Below are positions 1 through 14,000 of a stretch of 64,000 bases of DNA, in pieces. This DNA is from Daphnia carinata. Taxonomy: Eukaryota. The stretch spans positions 7,502,001 through 7,566,000 of the forward strand of contig NC_081333.1 in NCBI RefSeq assembly GCF_022539665.2, given 5' to 3'. The position numbers and the translations under genes are program-made. Positions within the stretch are counted from its first letter, which is position 1; each line of letters begins with the position of its first letter. The notes under the pieces were generated by a model, which was given only the letters and a program-made list of their open reading frames with translations, made no database searches and was not told the origin of the DNA.

Positions 1-3000
1 CCAGAAGTATATAGCGATTGTTGTGTAAGAGAGCCTAAGTGGAACGGGCGCTAGTTGACGTGCGTCACTTGCAAAGAAAATCGAAAGGGACGCTGTTAGC
101 GCTGTGTGGTGGCCATCAGCTAAAACCAACTAGGATGATTAATCGACCCACGGTAGGGAAAATAGAAAAAATAAAAATGCAAGTTACATCATCAGTGCAT
201 AACGCGCTGAGCGCAGCGCAGAAAGGGTAAAAATCGAGTGGGGTGTTGGCAGAGCCTGTCGTAAGCCAATGTAAACACTAAAATAAATGGACGTAATACA
301 AGCGCAGACGGACGGAATGATTTGTTCGAAATGGGACGTGCCAAAAATCTGTAGAAGAAGGGAGAGGTCAAGACCGGACTAAAAGCCATTGATATGCTGC
401 GTGATAAAAAAAAAAAGATGATTTCTGAATCCATTATCCTGTGAGCCTTCCAGTATTTTTTTTTTTTTCTTTAACTCCCTCCCATTTGATTTTTGCAGAC
501 AGAAGGACAAGACTGAAAGTGTGCGTCAGCAAAAAGAAAGAGCTACAATAGGATATATTTGTCATTAATGTCCGACGCAGCTGAAGGGACAAGGAAAGAC
601 TTGGATGAAAAAAAAAAAAAAAAAAACTGAGGGACAGAGGATCTAACAGGATAGGGCGGGGTGTACTAACTTTCGACGCCATTTTTCTCCCATCGACGCT
701 TATTGTCACAACGCAGCTCGACGACCTTCTATTCCCTCGTCTCTTTCTGTTTACAGGGGGTAAAAAAAAAATGATGATAAAAAAGGAAGGAAAAAAAAAA
801 CAGAACATACAAAAAGAACGGGTGAGCGCATGCTAAAAGAGAGGAATACAAAGAAATAGAGAGACCGTTGCCAAATCGACACCCAACAGGCATTTTGGCA
901 ACTCTTAGACGGGCCCTTATTCAACAATCTTTCCAAGTCCGTCTCAATTTTTATTCCTATCCCTTTTTCCTCTTTTTTCTTTTTTTTTTTTATTGACGTC
1001 ATCACGTACTTTCCAATTGAATTCGGTTTACTCCACAGGCTTATAAACAGCTCGAGACGCATCGACAAAGGCTTTTGCTGCGCTGGCAATACCACGAATT
1101 TTCATAGTAAGCATCTTCCGTATTTCCATCGACAATTATTTGGCAAATTCTTTTTTTTTTTTTTTTTTTTTTGTTTTTTTTTTCAAGAAGCGTTTCCTCT
1201 CCGAGAAGTTACTTTAAACGTTCCTTAAATGTTTATTTTCAAAACGATAAAAATTCTCTTGAGTTTCTCTTGGAAATAACGAACAGAAATAAGGCGGATG
1301 TAATACATGGGAAGGCTCCTATATCAATTGATTCCGCGTTTATTATTACTCTGTCGTAATGGAATAACAAGAACGAAGAAAGGGGACACCGTAGTATAAC
1401 ACTTTCAGCGATGAGAGTGTCTTCCGTGCGCACTCCGCAAAAAGACATTCCATAGATCCAGAAAAATACGAGGCATTAACACACACACACAAAAAAAAAA
1501 AAAAAGAGGAACAAGAAAACAAGGCAGAGAGCCGGATACTCTATCTGCTTAGCAAGTGGGCGAGCGTGGCGATAAGAGTCAAACAAACCGATGGTGCTAA
1601 GCGCAACGGGAGGGCACATTTTTTTTCCGATCTACCAAACTCGAGTCGGGGGTGTCGCGCAAGACTTTAAGGACTGCGTTAGTCTGATCACCGCGTTGGC
1701 TGAAAACTGTAGCTATCACCCACTTTCTTTGCTCCCCTGCTGAGGTCCTATCCTATTCATCTTATTCTTCCTCAAGTTGCTTCCGCTTCCTTCCATAGAG
1801 CTCTCGGAATCCAGCAAGAGTACAACAGATACATATTGCTTAGTGTAGTCTTTTATTGTACATGTTTTTCTTTTTTTTTTTTCTTTTTTTTATCTATAGC
1901 TTCATAACACGTAGACGTACACATGTTTCTTTATCCTATTGTCCGTGTCTGACTCTTTGATGCTCTTCCAAAAGTGCACAGCACAGCATGGGAGGAGAGA
2001 AGGTCTCTATAGTTGATATTAAAAGTACTTTATCGGCGGCTTTTCTCTAGTCGAGCGGCAATAAGGCAAAGTACGTGGCTATCAAATCGACAAATGAGAC
2101 ATGAGCAGACACACCGTCTTCGTCAAGTCAGCCGTGCTGATGTCGAACAAAAAAAAAAAAAGTTTGCCATCTGCAGTAACGAGAAGAAAAAAAAAAGAAG
2201 AGGGCAAACGTCTTTTTTCCGTCTTTAAAAAAAAAATTTCAGTAAAAAAAAAAAAAAAACGTGATGATAGCCGACCGCACAAGAGGAAAGAAGGTTCTAT
2301 TTTTATGTACCGAGAAAGTTAAAAGGTGGCATGAAAGACGGAACAGGCTGGGCTGGGGCAGTCTTTAGAAAAAAAAACAAAATAAAAAGAGACGAACTAA
2401 AAAAAAAAAAAAAATAGGAAGAAAGGAAGAACAAAAAGAAAGAAAAAAAAAAAAACTTTGGTCAAAGGTCTTTTTCTATATCGGCGCCTAAAGTGCTGAT
2501 TTATCCACGACGACGCTGTCGACGTTCGTTGCGCTCTTGGAATTTCAAGTAGCGATTAAACAAAAGAACATATAACGATGGCAGCCGACGGGTCCCTTTA
2601 GCAATATTTCTCCCATTTTTTTTTTTCTCTTCCTTCTCTACGCCCTTTCTTGTAATTCCCTACGTCGTCGTCCGGTATGTTCCCTAAACTACATTTTAAT
2701 ATTTTCTTTTTTTTTTTTTTTTTCACTGTTGTGAATAGCCCTATTTTTTGCTTTTTTTTTTCCTGTTATTTATTTTACATTTCATTTTCCATTTTTTCTT
2801 TTGATCGACTCGGCCGGGTGGTAGCGCCTTTCCCTTTTTTTTTTTTTTTTTGTTTTCCACCATCATTTGAAAAATTGGATTCGCACGCATCTATCATCGC
2901 TGAAAGTTATTCTTTATTCTCGTAGCCTAGTCTTTATTTTTTATCGTCCTACACTTGCCTACACTTCTATACACCCCTGTGAACATTATCTTGGCGGAGG

Positions 3001-6000
3001 AAAAAAAAAAAATAAACTCATAAAACAAGAGCAAAATTTCTTGCTTAGCAACATCGATGACAGCGCATGTGCACTCGTTTTTTTTTTTTTTTTATAGCAT
3101 ACCCAATAAGACTAACGAATCAACGAAATACAAGATACATCTGACACAAGGCCGAGATTCAATTATGTACATGTGGCGCCATTGACGGCAATCATCAAGA
3201 AGCGCAATCGAATAAATCAGTAGACTCACGAACCAATGCTCATTCATCATCCAGCGAGCTTAGAGAAATGAACCTCAACGTAATACACGCAAATATAAAT
3301 GCATATATATCCGTACTACATATATGAGATAGACGAAATACAGGCAAATGACAAGGATAACAACCAAAAAAAAAAAAAAAAATACCCAAAGGGGTTGGAC
3401 ATATAGACTTATTCAACAGCTTCGATCTGTATTACAACGAACGAGGGGGCACGTGCTGGCATTGGTTTCTGGGTTATAAGAAAAAGGAAAGAATGTTGCT
3501 ATGCGTTTTATACCGAAAAGGGTGGGCCGAAAGAAAAAAAGGAAACGCCGGGCAGTGCATGTAACAGTCAATATTCTGTATAGCATGCTAAAAACTATGT
3601 CTAGTCGGCTTGCATCCAGATATGGCGTATATACATCTAATCCAATCGGCATGATGAATCGGACAAGTCGCTAGAGGAGGAGGAGGAGGAGGCGTACTAA
3701 ACTGAGGAATGAATAACCGGTGTCACACTAACGAGAACTGATGTCCCCCCTCCCCCCATCCTCCCGCTATTATACACGAAGCACTACATCAGTAAAAACA
3801 GAGAAGAAAGGCAACAACTTGAAAAGACATAAAACACAACAAGAGAGAATACGACTCTGCCTATAACAAAGAAAAAAAAAAAAAAAAGGTTAGCCATCTT
3901 GAAACCTTTTTCTTTTCTCTCTCTCTCTCTTCGGTTCGACTCAACACAAGTTGATCAAAAGTTTTCTACCATGCCTCTGGACAGTGGCAGTATATGGCCA
4001 ATAACAGCTGGGTGGCACAAACACGCAGAACAGATACACAACAAACTCTTGGACGTGAATCGCGAGTCAGAGTTAGCGCCCTAGAGAAGCTGCCAAGAGT
4101 CATATAAAAGCAGTTGTATAACTCGACAGCTGATGGTATAACATACGCTGCACACGGTATGATGGTGCGCATTGTTCTGCTCGTGTGTCTACGTGTATAT
4201 GTACAGAGCTGATTAGTTGCCGACGGGAAAACGGTTCGAGTGATTGTCAATTGACGTGACTGACTCTTCCTCGTATGTACTTGTCGCAATCCAATGTTTC
4301 TCCTGGTCGTTTCCTTTTTTTTTTTTTTTGTTGCTGTTGTTGTTGTTTCTTCCGTCCTGAAATCAACAACAACGACGACAGCGGTAGTAAACAATGCAAC
4401 AAACACGGAACGAAAAAGGAGGGGGGGGGGCTGCGCTCGATGCTCGACTTATTCCGCATAGACGAGAGAGAAAAAAAATAGGACCCAAGGTATACTGGCT
4501 CTGGCAGGTGGAAGTTTAGGGAGTTTGCTCGTTAGTCACTGTCATAGGAAAAAGAAAAAAAAAAAAGAAAAACTGAAAAAAAAAAAAAAATCGCAGTCGA
4601 AAAAGTCAAACAAGAAACGGCATGTGTATTACTACTCTTTAACCCGGGCTTCTGCTCTTCGACGACTCACTCCTACTCCCTCGTGAATGCGAAACCAATG
4701 AGCAAATACTTAACGCATTGTTTGTTGTTCGTTAATGTTTTCTTTCGTAAAATAGTTGGATTTAAACATTTTTTAATGACAACTGACGGGATAATTAAAT
4801 GGAAAGCAATTGGTGAGAACAAGGGGGTATAAGCTTGAATGTATAATCTTGCATAGTTCGAGGCCTATCAGTCAAAACTTGGGTGCCAGCACTCGCATTT
4901 ACCAAAAAGAAACGTTTTAAGAATTTCTGGGAACAGAAAACAAGAGAAAGAAATAGCGCCCTCGCGTTGGGGACGCATTTTCTATTAGTGATCATGTGAA
5001 TGAAATCTCGCTTTTACAGACGCATAAGGCTCTTCATCTCTCACACTTGGCATGAGAGGCATAAAGGGCAAGCAGCCCGCCCGTCTTGGCGCAACGTTAT
5101 GTTGAGAAGAAGAAGAAGAAAAAAAAAAACTCTTGCTGACTAATGGTTTATGGCTTTCTCTACGTGGAAGGATATCACATCGAGTCTAAAGCTCCTGGCT
5201 GTAATATTGACGCTTTAGAGAGACCATTGCCGCTAAGGGAAAGCCATAAGAACCCCGGTCGCCAAACACCATCAAAATGCTGCGTGTGTGCAAAAGAGGG
5301 AATAATAAAGGCAATATAATGAGAGAATATCGTTACAGTTCTCTACCGGGTCGTTAGTTTTCCTACGAGTCCTGCCGGCCGATTTATCATCTTCCTACTC
5401 GTTGACAGCAGCACCTTTTTTTTTTTTTTTTTGCAAGCGATTCGTCGCCCCAAGCTGTCCTCCACGTCTCTGCTGAAGCCGTTTTGATTTTTTTTTTTGA
5501 AAAATGAAGACCAACAATTGCAGCCTATATTTTAAATCTAACGATCCGAAACGCGCATTTCGTTGGTTGCTTTCAACAACGGGATTTATAACAGCAATCT
5601 GCTGCTGATGAAGAGAAAAAGCCATGCAGTCTTTTATTTATTTTTTTTTTAAACAAAAAGATTTGAAAGCGAGTATGCAAAGAAATCGTTGAATCGAAAC
5701 GATGATTTTATGATGAATAAACATAGCACCATCATAGTGGTATGGATAGGTCGTTCGATATACAATCATAGGCCCGTATAGAGTCATGAGTTGCACCGAG
5801 CACAGTGCACTGCGGTGCGTGTCCCATTCGATTTTTACTCCGGTACAACAATACAACGGCTGTAAAATAGTACAGCGGGAACATGTTGACCTTGTCGTCA
5901 TCATGCAGACGTTGTCATCGACGTCGAGTTCTCTACCGAGCACACCGAAGAGTTTACAATAGATCGAGCGATTGCGTTGTTGCAGGTAATCCTAGACTAT

Positions 6001-8416
6001 GGTGGGGGGGGGGGGGAGTACCCTACGGGCCCGTGTTTTCTCCCGTGTTTCCATGCGCAACAATCAAAGCTTACATGTAGAGCGTGACAGTACCCGATGA
6101 TGTTGGTACTCTATACCCTTCTCTTTTTCCTTTTTTTTTTTTTGCCCCATTTTCTTATAACCCTTACGACTCATCCCGAACCGCACCAATCTATTGGTTT
6201 TTTTTCCCCATCGCTGCGCCCATTCACCAGAAGGAAAATTAGGCCTATACCACAAATGGCTAATTAAAAATAAAAAGGAGGAACACGAAAAAATATGTCC
6301 GGAGGAGGCCAAAGATTTCAAACTTTTTTTTATCGTCAAAAGAGCACCCAAACACAAAAAGCGGGAAAAGAAAAAAAAAAATAAATAGCAAACCATTGCG
6401 TGTGTCAATATGGTAGCAACTGTAAGAAAGGCAGCAAGGCAAGGTACGCAGAGATAAAAATAAGAAAAAAGCTGCCGATGTGTATGTACACAATAGACAC
6501 GCATCAGCATCGATATTAACGAGGGATGTTGGCAGCCTTAGTGCAAAAGTAATGACTATTCCACGACTTGAACGTCCTCGTGTGTATAGACAAAAGCGCA
6601 CACTGCACACAGATAAAAGTAAGAGAAAAAGCGTGAGGTTGAACGGATTACCTACTTGCCACTAAATAACGGATGTATTCCATTTGGTCAGCATTGCGTT
6701 GTGGACGTATACGCATTAATGGATAACAATCGTCAGTTGAATATTCATCGAAACTCTATGTGCGCTATAAAAGAGAGCGACAGCAGTTGCTCATCAGCAT
6801 TCAATTAACAGCAGTGCATTATTTGTAGAGAAGAAGAGGAAAAGAATGAAAGGCCCGTAACGCGGAAGAAATGATTGGGAAAAAGAGCCGCCCGATTCAA
6901 ATAAATTTCTAACAAAAGAAAACACGCCTGTGCTAGCGACATGTGCGATTTTTCCCTGCATTAAAAAAGAGAATCGTTCAAACTGATATGTAACTTAAAA
7001 CATAAAACGCTTTCCTTGGCGTGCAGTTGACAGCGCAAGGGTCCGGCCGGATCGCTAAAATAAGAAGCGATCCTTGAATAAAGCCATATTGTTGAATAAA
7101 ATGACATGCACAAAATAAAAGAGGAAAAAAAATAAAATAAAAGAAGGAACTTTCGTTGCTAGCCGTGCAATATTGCCTTATTGACTTGATGACGGGCCAG
7201 CGGCGGATTGCCAGAGTGCAGGTCCGTTTAAAAAAAAAACACACAAGGGGAGTACCACGCGATACAGATTGGATGGCACAGCACAGTACATGTCGATCGA
7301 CGGGTCCTACTTTGTTTTGTTTTTTCCTTAACATAGTTTCAGCTGTGGGGGGAGTTGCTGTTGCTCGTCGCTAGCCGAGAGTCTTGCATCAATCATTCAA
7401 AACGTCCCCACCCACATCTTTCCATATCAGCCGCACCAGATTTCTCAATCGCTTTATTTACGTTTTTTGTTTTTTTTGCCACGGGCAAATAAAAATCGCA
7501 TAATTACATGGCGCTGATGTAGCCAACGCTAGAACGCCACGTCAAAGTTGAGGGTGCAGATTTCTCTCCATGCGTCTCGCCACTAAATAGCTGACTAAAT
7601 CGCCTTTGCAGACACATAAATGCAAACGTCATCGTCGTGTGTATATCATCGCTCCGTCGAGTGCGTGACCGCGTTTATCGCCAGCTTAGACCTTCATTTG
7701 CAGTCTCACTCCTGCCAGAAAATGCAAATTTGCAAGCAACATAGATGCAGCGTGCGCCAGAGTGACCAAACACAAGTGACTCTTCAAATGTCTTGAGCTG
7801 AAAAGCAAAAACAAAGCCAACAAGAAGGAGACAAAAAAAATGCATCAAGATGCCTTCAAGAGTCCATAAGACGATCCATTGTCTTTTGCTTGATGTCAGC
7901 TACATGTGGCGCTTAAAGAATATACATCACGAAAAGAAAAAGAGCCACGTCTGCATACTGACGTTGGTTGGCGAACAAAAATGTGCTGATGCCATTTACC
8001 CCCCTCTCCCTTTTTTTCCGTGTCTGCATTTGAACAATTCAAGAAAAAAAAATGAAACTAGATCGTCATGAAATAATAAAATAGACGAGGACAAAAAAAA
8101 AAAAAAAAAAAAAAGACGAGGGTGAGCGCTTATTTTGTGAAGTACCGTTGGCGTCTTTTTGTGTGTGTGTCTGTGTGTGTATGCCTTGGTGGAAGCAAAA
8201 ATGAGGAGTGCGTTTGTAGAAGGATGATGCGCTCGCATGCCAGCGCATATATGATTGCGGGCATCCAGAAACTGTCGTCAAGTTTAACACGACATGGCGA
8301 ACCGAAAAAGGGCAGAGGCGGAGAGACATTTGAGGAGTGAACGCACGACGATTGCCCGACTCTCAGCTACACACAAACTCGTGAAAAATAAATGTCCAAA
8401 AAGAAGGTCACATCCA

Positions 8417-8455
<39 letters not shown>

Positions 8456-10274
8456 CGTCCTCTCGCTCGCGTCAATCTGCGGGGAAAAAAATAGGGAAGA
8501 AAGAGAACAAAAAAAAAAGGGCTAGCCAAAGCTTAAAAAGAAAATACATAAAAGCGTTTTCTTTTTGATTCAATTGCTACCAGTCGTTATCCAAAAGATA
8601 TAGAAACCCAACCGGGAAGAAAAGACTGGAGGATCTCTTAAACATTGAACAGAGATGTCCCATTCGAATCTTTACGGCCCCTCTGTTTTTAGTGCTGAGA
8701 GAAGATGGCAGGAACCTTTTGTTGCGTCAGCAAATTGCCCGTCTTCTCTGTCGGATTCGATTGCGCGGTTCTAGACGCCAATAAACACGGACGCACGTCT
8801 TTTCAAACGCAATTCTTTTAACGTTGAAAACTAGGCTCCAGTTGGGGGGGGGGGGAACAAGTATAGCCTCAGCGATATGCAATTAGTATGTAAAAAAGCG
8901 GCCATAAAAACTGGTGAGGTTCCATTGTGAGCAAATGCTGTTTCTTGCCTCATGTATCTCTCGCTCCGGATTTTTTCATTTGAGATTTCTTCGGTTTTTA
9001 CTTGTCCCGTCGTTACGAGCCCACAAAGGGAGCAGCAACAAACGTCTAGTGGCTCAAAAGTCCACGATAGTCACGATCGTATTATGTGGCCGCGGCTACG
9101 TACGGTGCGCGTATGCCCGTCCCTTTTCAGCCTACCAAGTTGAATAATGTAACCGTTTGCATGCGACGACACTAATGAATTCTCTTTGTCCTCTCGGCCG
9201 AGATTGCCTTCTCGTCTTCTTCTTCGTCATTCAAAAAAATAAAATAAAATAAAATAAAAACTTTTCGGGTCGGAGAGTTTCCTGTCCGTCTTGGTCGTTG
9301 CTGTCTGGCGGAAACTGAGGGAGCGGCGACTGGCTCAACGATCACATTGGGGGGAAACGGAACATCAGTATGCCGTGTGCCACTTCTGTGTGAAAATGCC
9401 CAGTCATAATGAATAATGAAATACCTGTTTCGACTAAACGCTGTCGGCACATCTACTAGTAGCGAGATTATTCAACGACAGCGTCCGGCCAACCACGGCC
9501 CACCACCGCTATGCACTTTGTGCCGGTTTTCACTAAAGGGGGTAGCCCGATGAATTACCCACGGGACACAGATATCCTTATAGAGACATGAAAACGCAAA
9601 AGGGAACTGAAAAAGATCCTTCTTCTTTGACGGCATGTCGTGTGATCAGCGAATCTGAACGAACTCGCCGCGCGTATGCCTTCGCCCCGCTGGGCAAGAA
9701 ATAAAAGAGTCCAGTAAGGTTCTCCGAAAACAAAAAAGAAACGCAAGAAAAAAAAGGGTAGCAAATGGAAAGGGATGAAAGAAACAAGAGTCGCACTTGC
9801 ATCACCATACAACTGGTGTGGTAGTGCCATTGTAAATTGGCAACAGTTGCCACGTTGGAGACAAAAAGATAAATTGTTTGGCTTCTCTAGTGATGACGCC
9901 AGCAATGACTTTTCTCAGTTTGCAATCGATAAAGCCAAAAACATTCAGAGAATCAGTTGATGTCTAGTTAATAGACAATGATCAGAGGCCTGTCTCATTT
10001 TTCTTATTAAGCTAAACCGTGCAAAAACGAAAAAAAAAGGGAATTTTGAGTTGAAGACTTACCAGGTTTGTTGAGTTGAAACTGGTTGTCCTGTTGAGAA
10101 ACGCCAGTCACGGTGCAATTGGCTCGTACGAGCAGTTAATTATGCACACTGGAAGCACCACCTGTTCATCTCCTGTCCCGATTGATCAAGTTGAACGAGA
10201 ATTTGCAAACTAGAGTTTGTTTGTTTGTCCCACTGTTCGACTGACGACACAGGGCAATGTTCCATTTGCTTTGT

Positions 10275-10302
10275 AGGTATATATATATATATATATATAC
10301 CT
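10275..10302. repeat. (TA)11 microsatellite with complementary flanks, forming a perfect 28-bp palindrome AGG(TA)11CCT
   Basis: Read directly. Confidence 0.85.
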
Positions 10303-11033
10303 GACAAGAGTTTGTTTATACATTCCCAAAAGTTTGAATCGTGCTGATTGCTGAACATGGATGTCAACTTGCCTCCACTGTTAGGGCTCGCGAACTTCGG
10401 CAAAACTCTCTTTATTAATTAGCAAATGTTGCTGTTATTGTCTCGAACTGGACACGACTGTCAACTGCCACCTGGTGCCTCCGTTGCCAAACTCAAGGAA
10501 TGCCTCCGTAATTTGGTCGAAAACGAAGAGGGGGGTAGGGGGGAGGTAAATGTCCGATTGTAAAAGAAAACGAAAGAAGCGATTGTACGACAATTTTCTA
10601 CGAATGGCAAATCAATACTCGGCGCATCGTCACGCGTCTAGAATCATTTTGGCCGCCTGCTCTCTCTGTACGGCCTGATGTTTGAGATGTTGGGCAAATG
10701 TCAAGATTAACAAGTGCTCATCAGTCCCGGCCATATATGGGCGAGGGAGATTTCTTTTGATTTTGGCAAGAATGATGAGTGTCAATGCTGACTTTGGTTT
10801 CCGATTGCCATCAGGTCGTTCAATGCACGCTAATGATTCGCGTTTGATCAACTTTTTCGTTCCGTTTCTTCCTATTTTTTCCCCTCCCTTTTCTCCTCTC
10901 CTTCTTTTTGTTCAGTGTCTAACAGTAATTCTGTGCAGTGCTTATTGGGACTTCTTTTTTTCGAAATCGACAAGTCAATAGAGCCAGTCAAGAGTAGAAT
11001 GGACGTCATTAAGTGTACCTCTCCTGTCCTCTT

Positions 11034-11036
<3 letters not shown>

Positions 11037-11066
<30 letters not shown>
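11037..11066 (+). repeat. (CT)15 microsatellite
   Basis: Read directly. Confidence 0.93.
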
Positions 11067-11069
<3 letters not shown>

Positions 11070-14000
11070 GTCTCTTTCTTCTTCATCGTCTGGTAGGCAA
11101 TGCAACAGACGAGTTCCACTTCAACCATAGTTCAGTCAATCAAGACAGGGTCATTGCTGTTCCCGAAAATAATAAAAAACAAAAACTAGGTCTCTATTTT
11201 TTTTTGTGTGTGTGCTGTTGTTGTCCACCATTTTGTGCGAATGGCACGAAAACGGAATGGATCCATCAAAGTCGTGGCGGATGAATTGGTCGGGTAAGTT
11301 TTTAGTTGCTGGGCAACTAACAGCTGTTTCTGCGTTATCGCTATACTGGAAATGAAATACATTTCACGGCAAAGTCGAGAAAACTTGTGAATTTTATTTA
11401 CGGACATCGGTTCCTCGTTGCCCACTTTGTTTGACTTGATTTGACCGATGCGCTGCAACCAGCGGCTACGGGTGAGGCCAAAACTTTTGCGGAAGACGGA
11501 CGATCCTCGCCTCAGACCGATCCGCATTTAAAAACGAATGAAGACGGAACGGTGGCCCACAAGACAAAAGAACGTATATAATATCGAACGACATAGATCC
11601 CCAAAAATGAAAATTGAGGAGAAAAAAGGATAATGATTTTTCTTTCTTTCTTTATCACAATCTCTGCGTAGGTTCGAAGGACATACGTAGACGAGTTATC
11701 TATAGCCAGCTAGAATGATAAAATCCGAGAAGACGTTGCAGAAAAAAAAAACGAGTGGAATAAAAGAACCAGTTGCAGCTGCGGAAGAATGGACAGGAGT
11801 TTGTGCGTTACAGTTAAAAAGGAGGAGCCTAATAGGAAATAAAGAAATAAAGAAGAAATGATAATCTTGTGCGTAAAAAGAGAGCGAAGATTCTCTAAAA
11901 GAATGGCATTCTCTCCGCCCTTCTGTCCGTCTGAAGATATGAGAAACGATTGGCCCGAGAAGATATCAAATAGAAACGAATAAAAGGACATGTGTTTAGA
12001 AATCGCGCAGCGATGATATTGGCTTCTCTTGTCGTCCGCTGGCCAACAGGCGTTTTGAAATCCCAGCAGAGAAGCCGGATCATAGACAGAGATGCCCTCG
12101 CTGCTGTTTGCCGCTTCTGTCGGATGCAGCTGCCATCATGCTCGGATACGCCTTGTCCGAAACGGCACGATGACTTTCGACGACGCCTCGGCTCGCTGCG
12201 CTTCAATATCTACGTCTGGACAGCTATAGAGAAAATAGGCTCACCCCCTTCTAGCCGTCATTCCATCCGGACGGGCCCACAATAATATCAGACTCATATC
12301 AACAGGAAACTGATTGCAGCCATATAGAGCCCACATCGTATGGAGAAATCAGAACTGTAGTAGAGGGCAGTAGTTGTAAACAAATTTTAAGTTATCAGTA
12401 AACGTGAAAAAAAAAAAGCAAAACGAAAATCACAGACGACAGCGCAAATAGCTGCATCGCTTTTTGGATAGTCCAATGGCTGATTTTTGCCTTTGATTGA
12501 AGAACCGAATGCTGACGTCAGTTCCCTTGACGTCCGTTGCAAAACTTTAGATTTCGAGGAATTGCGTTTTTTCGTTAGCGACGTTCGGGTGACCAGTTCC
12601 GTTTCGATCTGTACAATTTCCCAAACAGACAATATGGCGCAGGTATATATGTATATACGTATATTGTATATATATAAGTAAGTCAACAAACAACAGGAAA
12701 TAAGCACACAAAAGAAATAAAAGGAGAAGGAGAGAAAAATGCTCGATACGCTTGGCAACACGTGGATCCGTCATGGCAGGTTCTTTTTTTTTTTCGCTCG
12801 TATGATGGAATGTACAAGGCCGGCCAGTGCGGCCCCATCGGTTCACGGAGCCTGTCAAGAAAGGATGACAGAGCGAATCACTAAAGAACAACAAAAGCCC
12901 GTGGCTTCAACACACAAATCGTCAGGAGTACAAGCCTTTCTTTCTTTTTTTTTAACTTCAATTCCATTTTTCTCTATTTTTGAGAATCATCTGCGTTACG
13001 GAGCGTCGTCATCCATTTCTCTTCTTCTGTCCGCCCGAGTTGTGCGGTGAATTTTTTTTTTGGTAAAAAAAAAAAAAAATTTAACTGACGGCCCAATGAA
13101 CAGTCGGTTTTGGACACATATAATGGACTATATATTTAGTCATCTATCAGCAGGGTCAGCGTCGATTCAAACAGTACGGCATGACGTGTCCCGCCTTTTC
13201 CCTTTGCTCCTCGATGAAATGAACGGTGGAACCCATTTCGGATTTAATTCAAAAAACAAAAAACAAAAAAAACAAAAAAAAACAAGAAAAAAAAGTGAGA
13301 CGGAATGAGAAGGTAGGACGAAAAACAGGTTGGTACTATCAATAATTAGATGGGTAGGCGTCGAGTGGTGTAGCGGTACTCGTCGTTTGATTAGCAGGTG
13401 GATAACGATTTCTTCCCTCTTTTAAACCCAACAAGTCTGAATGGATAGAAGACGGAATCGTTAGATCGAAAGCGCACAATGATAAAAAGTTTAAAAAGAG
13501 ACTGACGTCAAACGCAATACACGCATCCCTCCTAAAAAGATCTGCTCTCTTCTACTGGTTAATGCAAATGCCAATTAAGGCCAACGGAATCATATCAGAT
13601 GAGCTAGTTTTTTTTTAGATAGATACAAGCACGCACTGTACGTAGTACGGAGGGGAAAAAATTCAAAGGAAAAACGACAGTATAGACATGGTAGGTTTCA
13701 CGGTTGATCACGACTATTGCATCCGTTTCTATTCGTTCCTCCACCAGCTATGCGCCTGTCTTCATGATTGGACGCCGTTGACGACCGTTCATTCTCTCTG
13801 TGACTGCGTCTTCCTGATTGATTCAATAGGCCTTTAATATAGTATATAGGAGAGCAGGAGATGGGAGGGGAGAACTCTATGAGGCTCATCCATTATCAAA
13901 AGGCCTTTAGTTGCTGGTTGAGCCACTGCCTCTTTGGTTCTGTTGACGAGAGAAAAGGCGTGATTTCTCCTTCATTTCTATCAAAGATAGGACGGAAGAC

